DNA of 64,000 bases from Magallana gigas (lineage: Eukaryota): the NCBI RefSeq assembly GCF_963853765.1, contig NC_088854.1, forward strand, positions 34,534,001 to 34,598,000, given 5' to 3'. This document shows positions 23,001-35,441 of this stretch, piece by piece (the first letter of the stretch is position 1; every line of letters begins with the position of its first letter). The position numbers and the translations under genes were made by a program. The notes beneath the pieces were generated by a model. The model did no database searches, was not told where the DNA came from, and saw only the letters and a program-made list of their open reading frames with translations.

Positions 23001-26000
23001 ATGTAAAAGATTGTAAACGCAGAATAATATTGTTTAAGCTGCAGAGCAATAAACGTCATATTTAACTCCTTGTTTGGTCAGCCACCTTTGTTTGAGCTAT
23101 TTAATCAACTCACTTTTTATCGTTTCGGTCGCTCACATTAATTAAAAGCTCAAGCGAGCTTCTCTAATCACATTTTGTCCAGCGTGTGTCTATCCGTAGG
23201 TCTGTAAACTTTTGAACATTTTAGACCAAGACACAAGACCAAGTCCACAAACATTCCTTTAACCACCCGTTTTTGAAATCAAATATAAATTGTCAACATA
23301 AAGGGTCAAATCTTTTTCAAAGGGGAAATAATCACAACAAGGTTAAAAAGGGCGTCTTGGTATAAATTAGTTTTGATGAACCACCAAGGAAACCCGTTTA
23401 GAATAAAGGTCTATATACATATATTATTTTTTTAATTAGCTGCAAAGCAACAGTGTGTATTAAAATGCAATTATCATGGTGTAGTATAGATTTAAGAGGG
23501 ATAGATGGTCATGGCCATTTTTAGACTGAATTGATCTCCCTTGAAAGAAGACCCCTATATAAAAATATTAGAAAATATCAACATTTAAAAGGTAAAATTT
23601 ATGATTTTTTTTAACAAAATAATAGTTTATTGCTAAACTTAGCATATCTTAAAATTTAAGGTAGATCTGATGGTTAATTTGTTGACTATGCAGCCTCCTT
23701 AAAATTGTTCAAACCTTCACCCCTGATAAAGTGGCACTCTATATACCATTGGAAGACACTTGGGACCAAAAGAGGTTTAAATTTTTAAGTCAAAAAAGTT
23801 TAAACAAGTTTTAATCTCGTCTATTTTTCCTCTGTCTCTCAGAACCTGATTAGAGTGTTTAAAAGAATGAGTTGCAAGAACTCACTTAATGAATGACTTT
23901 TGCTCAAGTAAGCGATTTGGCACATCAGTATCGTATTTTGTTTTTTGTAGCTTATGGAAGCAAACACCAAAGACAATATTTCTTTGTATCAATATCCTCA
24001 ACATTGCCATCCATTTCAAAATGCCAAAAACGTATCACCAGAGAATTTATTATCGCTCTCTTATCAAAGTAAGTAATAAAGTGAAGAAGATGCATTATTA
24101 ATTATTCGCAATCAGTTGTTTAAGTGTCTCATGATTTCTTTTCATTTTCCTTCCAGGATCATGTGGTAAGTAAATGGAGATGATTACATAGTTGCTCCGC
24201 GCAGTCACCCCCGTACTTGGTTCGTGAGTTGTGGGATACATACACAGACTGCAGTGCAGTATTTGTATAAGACAACATAAATCAATCATATGTGACACGC
24301 CATTGATATTCCTTGACAAAGAAGAGTAAATTCTCAAGGAAAAAATGACAAAAACAGTCAAGTATATCAATTCCTAAGCCCCGCCCCCGATAAGTAGATA
24401 TTCACATAAACTTTCACTTTGTTGGATTCTTATGGTTTGATTTCCTGTATGAATATTCATTGTTGCTACTATATACATGATTATCCAAGTCCATAATATT
24501 ATATTCTATGAAATCCATTTTAATATGGACAATTGCTTCATTTTTTTAAACTTACAATACCATGTATATTGAAAACCGTGCTTTTCACTTGCTTTTTTAA
24601 AGAAAATAAATCATTGGTTGGTTTCGCGGATTATACTGTTTAAGTAGATATACTGTCTAAATTACAAACAAAACATTAAAGTTGTTTAAAAATTCAATTA
24701 AGCATTATTACTTTCTGGTGTAAATAAAGTGTCTAGGAAAAATATTTTGTTGAGCTTATAATAACTTCTACATGATTTTTTGCAGCTACAGATATAATTA
24801 TATTAAACACAACAATTACGCCCACTTTGACGACGCAGAAACCAACGACTTCCGACGCAAACCAAGCCTATATAGCTGTGGCCATTGTTATACCAATCCT
24901 TATTGTCAGCATCATCGCAGTAATAGTTGGGTATTTGTTGTGGACAATGTACCAAAGAAAACTGAAAGCTAAGCCTTTACCAGATCCCAAGTTTCTTCAT
25001 GGTGAAATAAGAAATCGCAGACTTAATGTCCAGTTTGAGGGTATGTCGCCGACATACACAGACAGAGCGAATGTGTTGACAAAAATATCAGAAGACAGCC
25101 TCAGTTCTGCAATGATACAATCAGATTTATTGGAATCTTCAAGTGCAGGACCTTCAAGTCTATCGTCTTTATTGGTCAGTGTACCAACTCCCCACACTAA
25201 GGATGACGTGTATGTAATCAAGGAGTGTGTCAATGATTCGCCACATAATAATGACCTGGCACCTTCAATGTCCACGCCGGAAAATGATGATACCAGTATG
25301 GATATAAGTTTTCATTCTATTGGTGTTGATACGAGAGATTTGAAGAGTTCTCAAAACAAAAGAGAAACGCGGAGAACTTACCGGCGTCGTTTCCGGTTAG
25401 GGCGTTCCCGAAGTTCTGTCGGAGATAGCTTACTCTCCTTCCGCAAAGACAAATCAACATCGGTAAGATGATGGCAAAGCATCGATGAAAATTATCAATT
25501 ACAATAATCTAAATTTTCGTTTGTTCTGTGCTATGTGGTCATGTTTCTTGTTATCCCGATCTCATAAAATAATTATTTGTGTAAACCAGTATTTAACTGT
25601 ATCTAGAAAGCTTAAAGATAAACCATCAGTGTTTCTAATTATGCTTAGTGATATTTGACAGAAATTATATATCTTAATATGTGTATAAGTATCTCGATTA
25701 CTTTCTTGTTATTATATATGACAATATTCTTATAGAAATCGGTTGTGACATTTGGAACAAAGAATGTAGTTCTTGGAATACAGCCCCCGCCGATGAAAAA
25801 GAAAAGAAACGTAAGTTTTTCCTTGTTTTGAAAACATAAAACTATTAAAAATTCAAAAGAAAAAAAACCCTCAATAAATCAGAATCCGTCCGAATGAGTG
25901 ATAGTGGATCACCAGTGGTAGCATAGACTGGAAATTTCAGCCACAGGGATAGATTTCCGAACCTAATGTTTAAATTCCCATTTAATGGATACTGTAGTAT

Positions 26001-27059
26001 ATTTGTAGGGCCCAAAATCGATGAGAATTTAAATCTCCATGTTTTAATTTTTCATTTTGATTGCGTTCAAGGATGAAGTTCACTTTTAAAATACGAATGG
26101 AAAATTGCTTTCTAAGTACTAATGCACTCCATTTCATTTAATTGTTACATTGACATGAGAATATTTTTTTTGATTGGACATGGCATCTACTATCAATTCT
26201 TCAATATAAGTGGTTGTAAAATGTTACACAATTTGTAGTATTTTACATCCTAGCCTCGAAATAAATATATACAAATATTTGAAATATGTGTACAAACTTT
26301 TCTACAGAAAAATAGTTCTATTGATCGATCAGCACAGCCGATGGATGTGTTAGGAAAAAACGAAGTGAAAGACAAAATGAAGAAAACAAGAAAACACAAA
26401 TCAAGTCAAGAACGGCAAATTCTACAGGCAAGTACTAAATTATATGAAATTAAGTTAGTTAAATTACATTAAACCCTCCCCCCCAAACCCCCCCCCCCCC
26501 AAAAAAAAAAATCATTGCTTGTGCCTTGATAATTGTAAAAAAAACCTAGAAAGAAATGCAGCTTTCTAAATCTAATTTTTTCTTGTTTGATAAATATATA
26601 TAATCAATTTCCGTTTTGGTAGTTTGACTTAAAACATTCACCAAATAAATCAATATAGATTTACAAGTATTGTTGCAGACACCTGACACAGCTAAATCCA
26701 CAGTGTTTGAAGAAGATAAGACAATAACAGAGGAGGAACGTCACCCAATCATATTTTTTACGCAATATCAAGAGGAGGGTAATGTCAGATACTGCTAATA
26801 TAGAATAAAAAACAACTGGCATTTATGTGATGTGAGTGTTTATTTTTCTGTCTAAATATATATTTTTTATTTTATTTAGGATAGAAATTGCAATATTTTG
26901 TTGAACTTGTCCTCTCCTGTACATGTAGCCAGAGAACTAGTTGACTCCAAATGCTACCAAGCACTAATCATCGACAAGTGGCGCCATCCAAACCGTACGG
27001 CGTACATATGGGTTCCCGGGAAAAAAGTCAATATTTTACAATGGCGATCACATATGTAG
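17206..27059 (+). CDS. Gene A: uncharacterised single-pass type-I membrane protein, paralogue of gene B; exon 7 disrupted (possible pseudogene or truncated secreted form)
   Basis: Exons 17206-17254 (signal peptide MIIWSLIFVLWNARGS), 19657-19810, 20088-20188, 20546-20671, 20867-21043, 22659-22780, [24157-24325 decayed], 24786-25462 (TM AYIAVAIVIPILIVSIIAVIVGYLLW), 25736-25810, 26308-26427 (GC donor), 26679-26778, 26880-27059. Exons 1-6 are stop-free and phase-consistent. The last tail exons are lower confidence. Confidence 0.75.
17578..19548 (+). mobile_element. Helentron-associated non-autonomous element (HINE) carrying a Cg170-like satellite array, with nested insertions
   Basis: 5' end TTTTAGCTCACCTGAGC and 3' end GCTCAGGTGAGC..GGCCCCTGGGCTTCTTGTT form a perfect 12-bp subterminal inverted repeat. 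About 4 monomers of ~165-185 bp (CTTGTGTGGAAGCATCCTC..GTTCAAATCATGATCCC..GGGCCACAATGGGG) lie at 18710-19330. Confidence 0.7.
18050..18685. repeat. Degenerate pentamer (TATGC/TATGA) repeat with inverted ~100-bp arms
   Basis: (TATGC)-type runs at 18050-18445. The segment 18585-18685 is the reverse complement of ~18085-18195. Confidence 0.6.
19821..19844. repeat. (AG)12 microsatellite
   Basis: Starts 10 nt after the gene A exon 2 donor. Confidence 0.95.
19967..20026. repeat. (TC)~30 microsatellite
   Basis: Ends ~60 nt before the gene A exon 3 acceptor. Confidence 0.95.
21908..22118. mobile_element. TA-flanked MITE (Tc1/mariner-type TACTGT..ACAGTA family)
   Basis: Termini TACTATAAACGTA ... TACGTTTACAGTA; internal TTTGGCG/TTTAGCG repeats. 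Confidence 0.7.
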
Positions 27060-28020
27060 TATTTTAGAACCAGTTCTAATGTATGCCGTGTCCAGGACAT
27101 GCAATACAGATATGAGCGTGCATATTTGAAGTTCTGATAGGTTTTTTTTCCATTTTTTCTTCAAAAAATTAAGTTATTTTTTTAGAATTTAGTAATGAAA
27201 ATCCGTTTTTATACTGATTGTAGAGATAAATAATGAACTGGACAAACCTGGTGTGTATTTTCTATTGTTATTTAATATAATGAAAACTGTCATACTGGCA
27301 ATTACGTTTAAAATCAAAGTACTGAAGTACTGACGGGAGTTGGTTTTATCGATTACTAGTATCATTTCAACGATATGTGATTTTGCATGGCAAAAAGTAT
27401 CAGTAATCGAAATATTTCTGAGAAATGTATGGATCCAGGCAAGATTGAACTCATGTCTTGTTCAACCAAACGCTCGGCTGTCTCTGTTTATCTCCGACAA
27501 GAAAGAGACTCTGTTTTGTCGGATATTAAAGGAGACAGCCAAGCGTCTGATTGAACGAGACTACACTGAACTCCAGCGTAGGAATACATACGACTTTAGA
27601 AAATATCTAAACTGTTTGTACAATTTAAAATCTAACTATTTTCATGGTACTGATAAATAAGTTTTCTTGAAAAACAATGCTTCAGAATACATAGCATCGA
27701 ATTTATCGATTATTTTCAAGAAATAAGTGTTGTCAGCGGTACTGATTTGTGCTTAGGTCCAAACACTGTTTCACTTTCGCTTTGCCCGAGTAGGTGCATA
27801 GGAGAGTTGATTAAAATCAACTCCCAAAAATGACAATTATTTCTAATGAATGAATTACAGCAAACAATGCTTATGTGCACATGAAGTACATAACAAAGTA
27901 CATGTGATAATATGAGGCTCATACCTATATATGAGTAAAAATAATACGGAAGCGTATCGGGTCCTACACTAATTGTGTTATGACTCATATCATTTTTTAC
28001 CTTCTTAAAGTTATCAACAT

Positions 28021-28551
28021 ATATTTACATCTACCAAGCATAATTTCCTCTATTTCTTACGGAAACTTATAGTTAATTCATAGCTCTATAGAAACAACCA
28101 GACTGAAATCTACACGCCCTATTTATCGATTGGTCGAAATCTACAGCGGCTGAAAGTGACAGGACTGAAATTGACACGCCCTGTTTATCGATTGGTCTGA
28201 ACCTACAGCGACCTTGGTAAAATCCCGGACTGCACAAAATAATCATGACGATGCCAGACTCAAAGTCTCACAGGAGACAATTTGGCTGTTTCTTTTAGCT
28301 AACGTACTTTTGTACATGAACACTAATTTAGTGAATTTTACTAACTTTTCATAATCAGTTTATTAATTAGTTAAAGAAAGATGTTAATATAAACAATAAA
28401 ATGCTTTCTTTGATGATTCATGCGGGTTATGAAGGTAGCGATCATTGCAGGATAAATTTACATAACCCGCTAACGCGGGTTATATATTTTTCCTGCAATG
28501 TCGCTACCTTCATAACCCGAATGAATCACCAAAGAAAGCGTTTTACTGTTT
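28021..28551. repeat. Long-hairpin interspersed repeat, family H1, copy 3 (most complete)
   Basis: 161-bp palindrome at 28391-28551 centred on ATAACCCGC-TAAC-GCGGGTTAT. The 5' part has duplicated ACACGCCC..GATTGGTC motifs. Confidence 0.8.
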
Positions 28552-29354
28552 AAATAAACTATTGTGTTGTTTTATTTATGCAAATATTTCGCATTGTTTT
28601 GATGTTAGTTTACATAAATTAAATCACCTTATTATCTTGCCAGATTTCTTGCTATCTGCTATATCGACTTTACAAAATATTGAGTTAAAATAATAATGTA
28701 CGAATGAGTTTTGGTCACACGCAGACTGACATTGGCAGATTTCGTTAATTAAACCATCCATGAATTTAAATTAGCAGCGAATTATAAGTAACAGTGTTAA
28801 CACAGTATCAATATATTTATCATACAACACGATCTTAAGGCAATATTACTGGATAATAACCCACTGTCTCAACTAATATATAATTTAACTACGTTATCAA
28901 TGCTATTATATATGAACTAATTTCATGAACGTTGTAATTTCTCATTACCGTGATTTGATGCGAGTCTTTTCTTTATTCGCGTGGTGGAACGAATCGCATC
29001 AAATCATGATAGTGAGAAAATGCATGGCTCTTGCGATCAGCTCATGCATAATATTATTTAAAAGCAAATACAATTATTCTATATTTTTTGGACGCTTTGG
29101 CAAATGTAAAAAATATATCTCTCTTTTTTTTTTTTTTTTACTTTTTGATTATTACAACGGAAATATAAAAAAAAACCCATATACGAATTCATCATACAGA
29201 AGATTTCACGCATTATAAGCCTTTACCTATCAGTTTACAAGTCGTTACACTCATCCGGAAATTACACAATCATGTAAACAAACCTAATTATTCGAGTGCC
29301 ACATGATTGTGATTGCTGTCTAAAAATAGTTATAGCGGGATTGACCCAGCGGGA

Positions 29355-29735
29355 GTGGCATTCGTTGAGTTAAGCAAGTTACAGAGCTTACAATTCTTTG
29401 CTATGTAAACAAAGCTTTTATTTACATTTTGAACGATAAAGTTTTAGACCAAAAAGGAGTGTGGTAAACGTTAGGATTTGTTTATTTATGCTTAAAATGA
29501 ATAAAAAGATGGAAAATTAGCTTAAAAAAGAACTTTTACCTGTAAATTGAACTAATGTAAACAAAAACAAGGCACGAACCTTGTTTACACTACAAATAAT
29601 TGTGAGCCCTCTATATTGCTTATAACTTTTCTACTGACTCTCAAATGCCATTTAATAATTGGAAATGCATTCTCAAAGCATAAATAAAAAAAACCCAGAA
29701 AAACAGAATTTGACCAAAATCGTGACCATGCCCCT
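29355..29735. mobile_element. 5'-truncated copy of the TTAA MITE at 54639-55131
   Basis: Colinear with 54745-55131. Ends TTTGACCAAAATCGTGACCATGCCCCT followed by TTAA. Confidence 0.75.
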
Positions 29736-31479
29736 TTAAAGAGGTATGCGCACTTGATATACGATTTCGCCTAAAATTTAACACTTTTGCAAACGTCAAA
29801 CATTTTCAATATTAAACAATATTTAGTTAAAATACATTTAAAGATACGCATATAAACCAATAACCATGCTGAAAGTGTCTTAATTATATTACACGACATC
29901 ATCAAAATATTCAGGTTTTGTTAGGAAAATATAGAAAAATAGTTAGAATACGATAAAAATAAATTGTATATTTGACTATTTGAATCACTGTAAACATAAA
30001 AAAAAATCCTATTAAAATTTTGTTCTACGGGTATTGTAGTACACGTTTACATTGAATAAGTTTGAGTTACGTGGTCTTCGCACAGGAAATTAGACAAATA
30101 TTTCAATTAGCGTCTTTTCAAATACAATCATGTACCTCTAAAAAGTGTTAGATGGGTGGCCTAGTGGTCTTTTTGATTTTGTGGTCGCTGGATCGAATCC
30201 ATCAACTAGTAATTTCTTTCTCACTCAATTGAAACATAAAAAGAATGAACATATTAATTGACATGAATCTTATCTTCTTCTTCTTTTTTAAAATTATCTT
30301 GTTTAATTCAGTCTTAGTATGAGCACACTAAACATAAACAGATCTCTTCATTATTAACACTATAATGTACTCTATTTACACTTAGATCCATTGCCTTTTG
30401 CCTGAACTTATCGCGGTTTAGCATATCAACTGACGTTTTGCACAACGTTTCCCGAATTTATGTCAAATCAGTTGTCACAGACACCATTATTCTAATTTTC
30501 TAAAAATCAGTACCTGGTTTCGAAAATCATATAGCGACAGCTAGGTACCTGAAGCTATTTTTAGTAACAGGTACTTTTTGTCCAAACACAGGTGTAGGCG
30601 AAATAATGAGAAAAAGGCGCTATATACCTCTTTCAGGTTAGTCGATGTCTGTAGTAAGAAACACGCACTCGAAGAGAATGCTGCTTTACCATTCATCACG
30701 CAGCGGCTGAGATCTCGATCCGATGGTTTGAATGAATTCATCCATTGGCATGGGTCTAATGAATTTTTTGACATTTGTTTTGTAACAACTACATATATTA
30801 GACTTTGAATCGAATGTTTTGGAAGAAATCTATCGAATATACACACTTGACTAGTATAATTGTTAAATGTAGCAATGTACATTTAGTATGACACGCTAGT
30901 TATGTACTCCTTTCAAGATGAATAAAATAACCGAATTGATCGAAAATCGAGCCACACACTGCTTCGGCCTTGTATTTCCTCCTGTAAACATTCCAGCTAT
31001 ATGAATATATATTTGTTTTAATCCAAACTTATGATTCTTTGGTAATGAAGATAATCCAACACCAATTATAACTTACATTGTACCGACGTCGCGCACGATA
31101 CTGCTGTCTCTTTTACCTTCGCTATTATATATTATTTTGAGGGGTTGAGGAAGAGCCGTTAAAAGGAAAATATAAAAGTGTTGGGTATCAATGGCAAGGG
31201 AAATTTGTAAATAATGAAAATATCTTAAATAAAATGAATTTTACATACTTTTTGAGGAATGACAGGTCTTAAATATCTGTAGTTGACGTGATATATGGAT
31301 GTCCTGCGTTACATTCAGTAGCTATGCGCTTTATGCACAGGTTGACAAAACAATCAATTTTGCGCCAAACAGCATGACATTTGGAATGTAATTGTAACAT
31401 ATGTATCAAAGTATAAAGTCATAATCATTTCAAATGTTCGGTTGATAGATATAATATTGCAGCCTTTGAAATGGCGAAG

Positions 31480-31699
31480 TACTGTAGATTCCTTATTTTA
31501 CGCGAGTACTTAATTCCGCGATTCAACGGTTTTCCATCAAATCGCGAGAACATAACATCGCGAATGCCGAAATTTTATCATAGTTTCATGTAGTTTACAT
31601 GTCTGAAAATTAAAAGCGAGATTTTAAAATTCGCGAGACGGGCTTTTCGCGATTTTACGCGGATATTAATTCCTCGCGTTTAATTAGGAATTTACAGTA
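31480..31699. mobile_element. TA-flanked MITE (Tc1/mariner-type)
   Basis: Termini TACTGTAGATTCCT ... AGGAATTTACAGTA; internal TCGCGA repeats. Confidence 0.75.
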
Positions 31700-32874
31700 C
31701 TCGATGTCCCGTTTTTTGAAGATTCAGATAGACTGACATTTCAATCATCAATATTATGTCTAAAACGAAGGTAAGTTGCTTATTTTTGATACAGATATAT
31801 TGCACACGTATCGTATAATAAGATACAAACGACTATTATTTTATAATAACAATATCCATAAGTCAGGTTGATTTTTAAGTTGTCCACTGAAATGTCCCAA
31901 TGTAAAAAATACTGCACTTTTTAAGCAATTTAACGGTTTTAGTGCAAAATTTCAACCAATATACAATCGCAATTATTAAAATAAGTACAACAGACACAAA
32001 GTACATAAAATTTGCTACAGAGACATATCAACATTTTATGAATCCTCATATTAGTTTAAGGAAGACAGAAATTAATGAATGTCTAAATAAACGTCCCCTT
32101 TATGTTTGACGCTCCGTGACTGTGACGTGACGTTGATATACTCAAAACTGATTACGTCCAAACGAAAAACGTTGGTTGGTAAATAGTTATTATATAAGTT
32201 TTGATGCAGGTCCTTTTCGTAATTTTTTTTATTATATAGCAACAATAACATTTTCTGCCAAATACCCGTTTTTTTCTAATCTGGACTAAATTTATAAAAA
32301 AAATTAGATGATGCAAAGACGTAATGTAATCAAATCCTAACACTCTACCCATATTTTCTTTATTCCAATTTAGTCAAGATCTTTATAGACCGATCCATCC
32401 GTTTTAAAAAAAAATATCCTATACGCGTGATAAATATTAAAGTAATTTAAAAGCGGACATTAGCGGTCATACAAAATCTGCTAGAGGTCACGTAGCATCG
32501 GGGGGGGGGGGGGGGGGGGGCTTCCAATTTTTCTCACAGCAAACATCTTTCGTAAATTTACATGTAAAAATGAATAAACATAGAGATCCCCCCTCCAACA
32601 TTTTTTCGTTTGTCAAAAAGTCTAGCCCCACTTTCAAAAACAACGCCAGCCCGCTATTTTCTAATAGAACTTTACAGAATTATATTTTTGAATAAAGCAT
32701 TCGTGTTTTATTCATACTTGTATTAATTAGATAAATACTTTGATCGGAAATGAGGATTATTATTGAAAACCTGCATGGCGATCCATATGTCTCGGTACTA
32801 GTATTTGTGTTTAGGATTTTACAAATCTACAGGGTCTTTAATTTTGCGGTTTTCAGAAGAATGACAATGATACC

Positions 32875-35441
32875 ATGGATACGAAAATGTCCCCACGAGA
32901 AAGATTAGACTTATATAGAAATAAGAAACTTCAAAAACGACGACAACAAAAGCTAGCGTCGTATCATAAAAACAAAACTGTCAAACAGACTGAGTATAAA
33001 CAAACTTCTGATGCAATTAGAAAGCGCATGTACAGAGCAAAACAAGCTGAAACGAGACAGAAGGAAACAGAACGAAAAAGAAAATATAGAAATTAAGCGA
33101 GGAATAAAAACGTCGAGCTCTCTGCGAACACGAAAAATTCAAATGAAATGATAAGACGTGTTTTTAAAAACAGAACAAGAAAAACAGAGCATTAAAAAAA
33201 TTAAAGGATTCGTTACCCCAATCACCAAAGAAGCGGTCAGCTACACTGGCAGTATATTTGAAAAATTCAAACTCTCCAACGACAAAAATTTTAATTGATG
33301 CTGATGTCGTATTATCACCAGAAGAACAAAGTAAAAATCAAGAGAAAAACGGTTCTGCAAGATTTAAAAACAACAATTGACAGCTGGAAAATGAAAAGAT
33401 CGAAAGAATCGGTTACGTCTATGAACGTGCTAGTTGCATCAATAAGTGGTGAGCAAGTGACCCAAAGCAGCTGTCGAAAAAATCTAGCTAAAAAACTTGG
33501 TTTACCAGTTAGACGAATAAGTAAGGGAAACAGAATTCGCACCACTGTATTGAAAACTGAAAGATCTTGTTGGACTTACACGTTTAGAAAAACGCGCACT
33601 GACGCGATTTCAACGGAAACTAAACAACTTGCGTACGACTTTTGGATGCAGATATCAAGCGAGAAAGAATTGGACCCAAATTATACACGAGCCACGCAGT
33701 GTATATTTTAGAAAAGACCCAAACTGAAGTTTACCTGGATTTCATAATGTCACATTGTATATAAATCCTACTTTGCAATGCATGAAGCGACAGTGTTCAG
33801 AATGTGGTATCCACAAACGATACTTATTACCAGAAGAAACTGGAGACGCGGAGACAGACGAAACAGTCAAGTGGAAAAAATTTGAAAAAGTTGAAATCAA
33901 AGTGAAGGGCAATAAAACAACAAAGAAACTCGTCCTAGTTAAAAAGAATCAATTGTTAGTCTTTTTGCAACTATTAAAATCGTTTCCATTCCATCAACAC
34001 CGAGCTTCTTGGCAAAACAACCAATTTCAAGAACTTTCATCTAATCTTCCACTCAACCACTGCATCCGTGTTCATGACTTTTCTGAAAATTACCGTTGCA
34101 CAGAATTAAAACAACTTCAAAGTGCTTACTTTCAAAAAACTGAAGTCTCTGTTCACGTTACGATTATACATCGCCATGCACTACTCGACATTGATGGAAT
34201 GGAGAGCATTGAGCAGAACCCAGAAATAATCACTGAACTTTTTTTTGTTATTAGCGATGATCAACAGCATGACCAGTATTTCGTCCATGAAGTTCGTAAA
34301 ACAATATCCGAGTACTTGGCATCCATTTCCTACCCGGTTGACACCATGCACGAGTTTACAGATGGATGTGCAGCCAATATAAGTCGACATTGCTTTGGGG
34401 GTACCAGCAACTCCAGTCGGGATTTCGGTTTCAAACATTTTACCAGAAATTATTTTGAGACTGCACATGCTAAAGGTATTTATATTTTCTGCACACTTTT
34501 TTCTTAGGGATGCAAATACAGTGTCCATCAGATCGAACTAAGTACTTTAAACTTGTAAATGGTAGCTATTCTATTAGTATTTTCTTGCATTTACTATATG
34601 AGCATTTTTGTTTCAATTAAAATTTAATATTTTTGTATTATTACATGATTGTGTTTATGATGTAGGACCTCCTCGAGATGCTGCTGGAGGACTGTTAAAA
34701 AGACAGGCAGATCTGGCAGTTTTGCGTGGACAAGCCCATATACAAAATGCCCGGGATCTGAATGAATTTGCTGTTTCGAATTTGACGCGGACAAAATCTG
34801 TTTGCCGGAGACGGCTTTTCCGTTTTCTTGATTTCATCCCAAGAGAAGGCAATTTAAGTTTCAAACCAATTTCAAACATCAGATCTGTCCATCAAGTCAT
34901 CGTTGATAACTCATCTCCCCATATCATTATACGCGAACTGTCCTGATTTTGTGAAAAATGCATTTTACAAATTTATCACGAATGTGTAAATGTTCTAAGA
35001 ATTGGGCAAGTTCAACACCATGAAATGGTCAAAGAGACAAACAACACATTAGATGTTGAAGAAGATGACTAAGAGGTTCCCTTGTCCGATATGGTATCCA
35101 AAGGACAGGTAATTGCCGTATACGCGGATGACCCAGACCATGACTATTTCTGGTTAAAAGTTCAGGAAGCAATTCAAACATTAAACAGCGAAAGCACCGA
35201 CGCTTGGGGCTCAATTCTTCCAGCTGGTATTAAGGTCATCACAGGACTTTATTACGACAAAATTAATAACAAGAATCTTCTGTCATACAAACTTATACCC
35301 AGGAGAAGAGCCGTAGTGCCAGCCAGTGCAGTAGTTTATATCTGTTCAGAAATAGATGCTCGGGCCAATATTGTTTTGGACGAATGTGTCCATTTAAACA
35401 TATTGCAAGCAATAAACGACATTATTATGTCTTTAAAATGA
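32875..35441 (+). pseudogene. Decayed DDD transposase gene of a Sola2-like DNA transposon
   Basis: Frameshifted pieces at 32875-33096, ~33150-33711, 33755-34475, [intron 34476-34665 GT-AG], 34666-~35080 and 35082-35441. Motifs: LPQSPKKR, HDFSENY, ISDDQQHD, FTDGCAA, HAKG/P..DAAGGLLKR (three catalytic Asp) and RELS*FCEKC..C (stop where Cys is expected). The Sola2 assignment rests on recalled motifs. Confidence 0.75.

Noticed and set aside
24997-25275. Antisense ORF overlapping gene A exon 8 (likewise 33315-33545, 34181-34528, 34655-34879, 52559-52912, 7268-7498, 10139-10399)
   Set aside because: Shadow ORFs on the opposite strand of real or decayed coding exons.
27340-27660. 106-aa plus-strand ORF downstream of gene A
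   Set aside because: Starts at TTG, no recognisable motif, and no compatible splice partners found.
30541-30882. Overlapping ORFs on both strands
   Set aside because: No recognisable domain or exon structure; may be an old repeat fragment.
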